From the NCBI GenBank assembly GCA_002336985.1, contig DDFE01000151.1:38923-102922 (forward strand): a DNA stretch of 64,000 nucleotides, read 5' to 3'. The DNA is from Sphingomonadales bacterium UBA1936. Lineage in GTDB: Bacteria; Pseudomonadota; Alphaproteobacteria; Sphingomonadales; Sphingomonadaceae. Shown here piece after piece: positions 61,644-64,000 of the stretch. Below the pieces are notes generated by a model, which ran no database searches, was not told the origin of the DNA, and worked only from the letters and a program-made list of their open reading frames with translations. Numbering within the stretch: the stretch's first letter is position 1; the number at the start of each line of letters is the position of its first letter. The position numbers and the translations under genes are program-made.

Positions 61644-61854
61644 GCACCGCGCCCGATCGGGGAAACCTTCGCGGCTCTGGACTCCCGAGGACGACCTGCG
61701 GTTGCGCAATCAACTGAGCGCGCGCAAATCGATCGGCGACATCGCGTCGGATCTCGGCCGGACGAGCGACGCAATTCGGGGCCGCGCACAAAAACTCGGG
61801 CTATCCATGACGCCGCGGTTGCGGCCCTGGCGCCCCTATCCAAAACGAAGCTAG
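61630..61854 (+). CDS. Small Myb/GcrA-N-terminal-like HTH protein
   Basis: WTPEDDLRL...SIGDIASDLGRTSDAIRGRAQKLGL. Confidence 0.6.
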   Translation: MVTPEHRARSGKPSRLWTPEDDLRLRNQLSARKSIGDIASDLGRTSDAIRGRAQKLGLSMTPRLRPWRPYPKRS

Positions 61855-61943
61855 CGCGACCGATCGTCAGCGCTGGAACCAGACGGACTATCCAGCTGCA
61901 GGGCCCCGATCTGGTCTTTATCCCATGGCTGTCGGTGACCCGC

Positions 61944-62366
61944 CTATGTGGCTGGTGCCCGGTCGTCGTCATACAGGCGATGCTCGACCCGCACGAGTAC
62001 GACTTCCGTGGGACGATCGGTCTTCAGCAGCGCCTGAAAGGCTGCGGTTTTCGCACCCCGCGCCGGCAGGACATTCCAGCGCGTATCGACCGTCACTGGT
62101 GCGCTGTTGTCGGCGAACCGGCCCTCGATGTGGAGATGCCCCCGGATCGAGCCAAGATAGAATTCCTGCCGGCGCACGCGTCCGAGAATCTGGATACCAT
62201 TGGGATCCGGATAGGCATTGACCCAGAAGACCTGAAGAACGCGGCTGCCCGCGACCAACAACGGGGTTTGCAAGCGCTCGTTCATGACGCACGCCCCAAG
62301 CGCGCCCGCCATCACCACGAGCACCGCTGTCCGCGTCACTGTGAACCGGCTGAATGATGCGTGCAT
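61944..62366 (-). CDS. Hypothetical lipoprotein
   Basis: Hydrophobic stretch ending in lipobox LGAC; beta-rich body. Confidence 0.5.
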   Translation of the reverse strand: MHASFSRFTVTRTAVLVVMAGALGACVMNERLQTPLLVAGSRVLQVFWVNAYPDPNGIQILGRVRRQEFYLGSIRGHLHIEGRFADNSAPVTVDTRWNVLPARGAKTAAFQALLKTDRPTEVVLVRVEHRLYDDDRAPAT

Positions 62367-62620
62367 GCGCGTTTAATCCCGAGAAAGAACGGGCCTGAAC
62401 GACCCGCTCGTTATTAGATCATTGCTCCCGAATTTGACACAAAAAAAGGCGACAAGAATGACAAGGTCGCCCGGCGTCTTTCAACGTCGCCGCTGCAACC
62501 GAGCGCACCGGTTTTTTCGCCCGCGAAACCGGCAAGGAGTGCCGCGATCACCCTTCTGCAGGCCCCCAAAATTCGTGTGCGTGCGCCACGACCGAGCGCG
62601 CTGCCGCAACCACGGTTTCG

Positions 62621-64000
62621 TCAAGAAATTTCCGGACCGCGGCTGCGCCCGATCGTCCAGCCGATCCCGCCTTTACGCACTATTCCTTGCACCTGTTTTC
62701 CCAAATGCCGCGACAGCACGGGGCGCCAGGGGACAAGCGTGAATTCGCGCGACTTTTCGACAACCGCATATTGTCCGCCGAGCGCGTCGATTTTCCGGGT
62801 CAGCGTGCCGCGAATATCGTCACCGCCGGAAACCTGCGCGAACGGCTTGCCCAGCTGCAGCGAGAGTTCATCTGCGATCCGCATCAATTCGCGGCGTTGA
62901 AGGGCAGCCAAGACCGAGCCGCGAAGCCGGGCATCGCGCGCTGCGGGATCGATCAGCTTCTGCTCGACCAGCCACTGGCGACGCACCGCAAGCGCATTGC
63001 GCAGGTCGCGACCGAACCCCGCGTCGCGGACCACCTGCGGCGTTTCGGACGCAAGTTCGCGGTCGAGCCATGTGGCGGCGTCCGCACGCGTGAGACTCTC
63101 GACCGGAACAGGCGACAATATGTCGATGGCTACAGGACGATCGCGACGCTGTCGCGCCTCATGGGCATCGACCTTATCGAGATGATCGGTCCCGATCCGC
63201 CAGCTGCCGTCGGCGTCGCGCTCGAGGCCGACGCTGCGCCGGATGGCTTCGAGGCGACGGACGTGCGTGTCCGCAAAGGCCTGCGTCGCCGCCCGATCGT
63301 GGCGGAGGTGCAGGTCGGAGGAATAGCGTCCACCGTTTGCGGCAGCCACCGCAACGATCGTCCGGTCGGCATCGCGAATTGCCGCGGGTCGACGCGCGAT
63401 GCGCACGATCGCACCGTCGGCCAGGGGTTCGAGCATCTCGCCGCGGCCGATGTCGACGTAATGCGCTTTCCCGTCGACCGCATCGACGAGAAGATAGTGA
63501 CGGTCGCGATGCTCGTCGGCGAGGCCGCGCGCGATCACACGCCCGACGAGCGGCGTGCCGTCGCTTTCGATATTAAAAATCGTCGATCCGTCGCTGGATC
63601 GATCAAGTCGGCGCGCGGTGAGTTCGCGCTGCAACGTCCGGATGATATCGCCGCGTTCGCCCATTGCCCGCAGGGTCGCCTCAAGGTCGTCGGCGAGCTG
63701 CCACCGATTTCGACCGACGTCGCGGGCGAGACCGAACGACTGAAGCGTCCGCAATCGGCCCGCGCGAAGCGCAGCCGCATGCGGGTCGGGTGCACCTGCA
63801 AAGACAACACGCTCGGTGTCGGCATCCCGGAGCAGCGAGCGGTCGAGGGCCGTCATCCGCGATGCGCCGACGTCGATGCGCTGCCGAGCCTCAATCTCCA
63901 ACTGTGTTCGAGGTCCCAGATCGAGTGTCGCACGCTCGGTCGCCCGGGCCCGAAATCCTTCCGCGATATATTCCCGCGCGATGACGAGATTGCGGCCACG
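62621..64000 (-). CDS. VirD2/RlxS-type relaxase with DUF3363, C-terminal part (5' end is beyond the window)
   Basis: The frame stays open to the window edge (RGRNLVIAREYIAEGFR...LDLGPRT). Also LRAMGERGDII, ATWLDREL, EFTLVPW, GRSRG. Confidence 0.9.
   Translation of the reverse strand, partial: RGRNLVIAREYIAEGFRARATERATLDLGPRTQLEIEARQRIDVGASRMTALDRSLLRDADTERVVFAGAPDPHAAALRAGRLRTLQSFGLARDVGRNRWQLADDLEATLRAMGERGDIIRTLQRELTARRLDRSSDGSTIFNIESDGTPLVGRVIARGLADEHRDRHYLLVDAVDGKAHYVDIGRGEMLEPLADGAIVRIARRPAAIRDADRTIVAVAAANGGRYSSDLHLRHDRAATQAFADTHVRRLEAIRRSVGLERDADGSWRIGTDHLDKVDAHEARQRRDRPVAIDILSPVPVESLTRADAATWLDRELASETPQVVRDAGFGRDLRNALAVRRQWLVEQKLIDPAARDARLRGSVLAALQRRELMRIADELSLQLGKPFAQVSGGDDIRGTLTRKIDALGGQYAVVEKSREFTLVPWRPVLSRHLGKQVQGIVRKGGIGWTIGRSRGPEIS

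Noticed and set aside
62447-62470. GGCGAC-N12-GTCGCC inverted repeat with GACAAG direct repeats near the relaxase 3' end
   Set aside because: Too short to assign as oriT or an operator; oriT is normally upstream of the relaxase.

Overview
GC-rich alphaproteobacterial DNA, probably Sphingomonadales (inferred from the PEPxxWA-CTERM protein, SigF/NrsF and a DUF3363 relaxase). It looks like the cargo region of an integrative mobile element. Left to right: (1) 1-3.5 kb, polysaccharide genes: a GT2 glycosyltransferase and a UDP-glucuronate-decarboxylase-like domain, with three catalytic residues substituted, fused to an FAD oxidoreductase. (2) A candidate tRNA-Leu-derived att site at about 3670, then an MNT-HEPN gene. 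(3) 5-35 kb, an uptake/catabolism cluster: DUF1624, TonB receptor, peptide/opine ABC transporter, HcnABC/OoxAB-like oxidase, aldehyde dehydrogenases, class III aminotransferase, Lrp regulator, M20 hydrolase, Ald, a DUF4198/HupE Ni-Co module, cupin and a Tat-exported circularly permuted D-amino-acid oxidase. (4) 35-38 kb, a divergent PD-(D/E)XK nuclease plus SIR2 pair (candidate defence locus). (5) 38-43 kb, a SigF-controlled bufferin-type RiPP metallophore locus with two precursor classes, one MNIO/DUF2063 pair and three perfect SigF promoters. (6) 43-47 kb, assorted small stress genes. (7) 47-62 kb, a MerR-controlled heavy-metal efflux island (CnrCBA/NccCBA-type RND, two CDF-type transporters, P1B-4 ATPase, ZIP). 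(8) The C-terminal part of a VirD2/RlxS relaxase at the right edge. No rRNA, complete tRNA or CRISPR array was seen. All family assignments come from motif recognition by eye; no database search was run.
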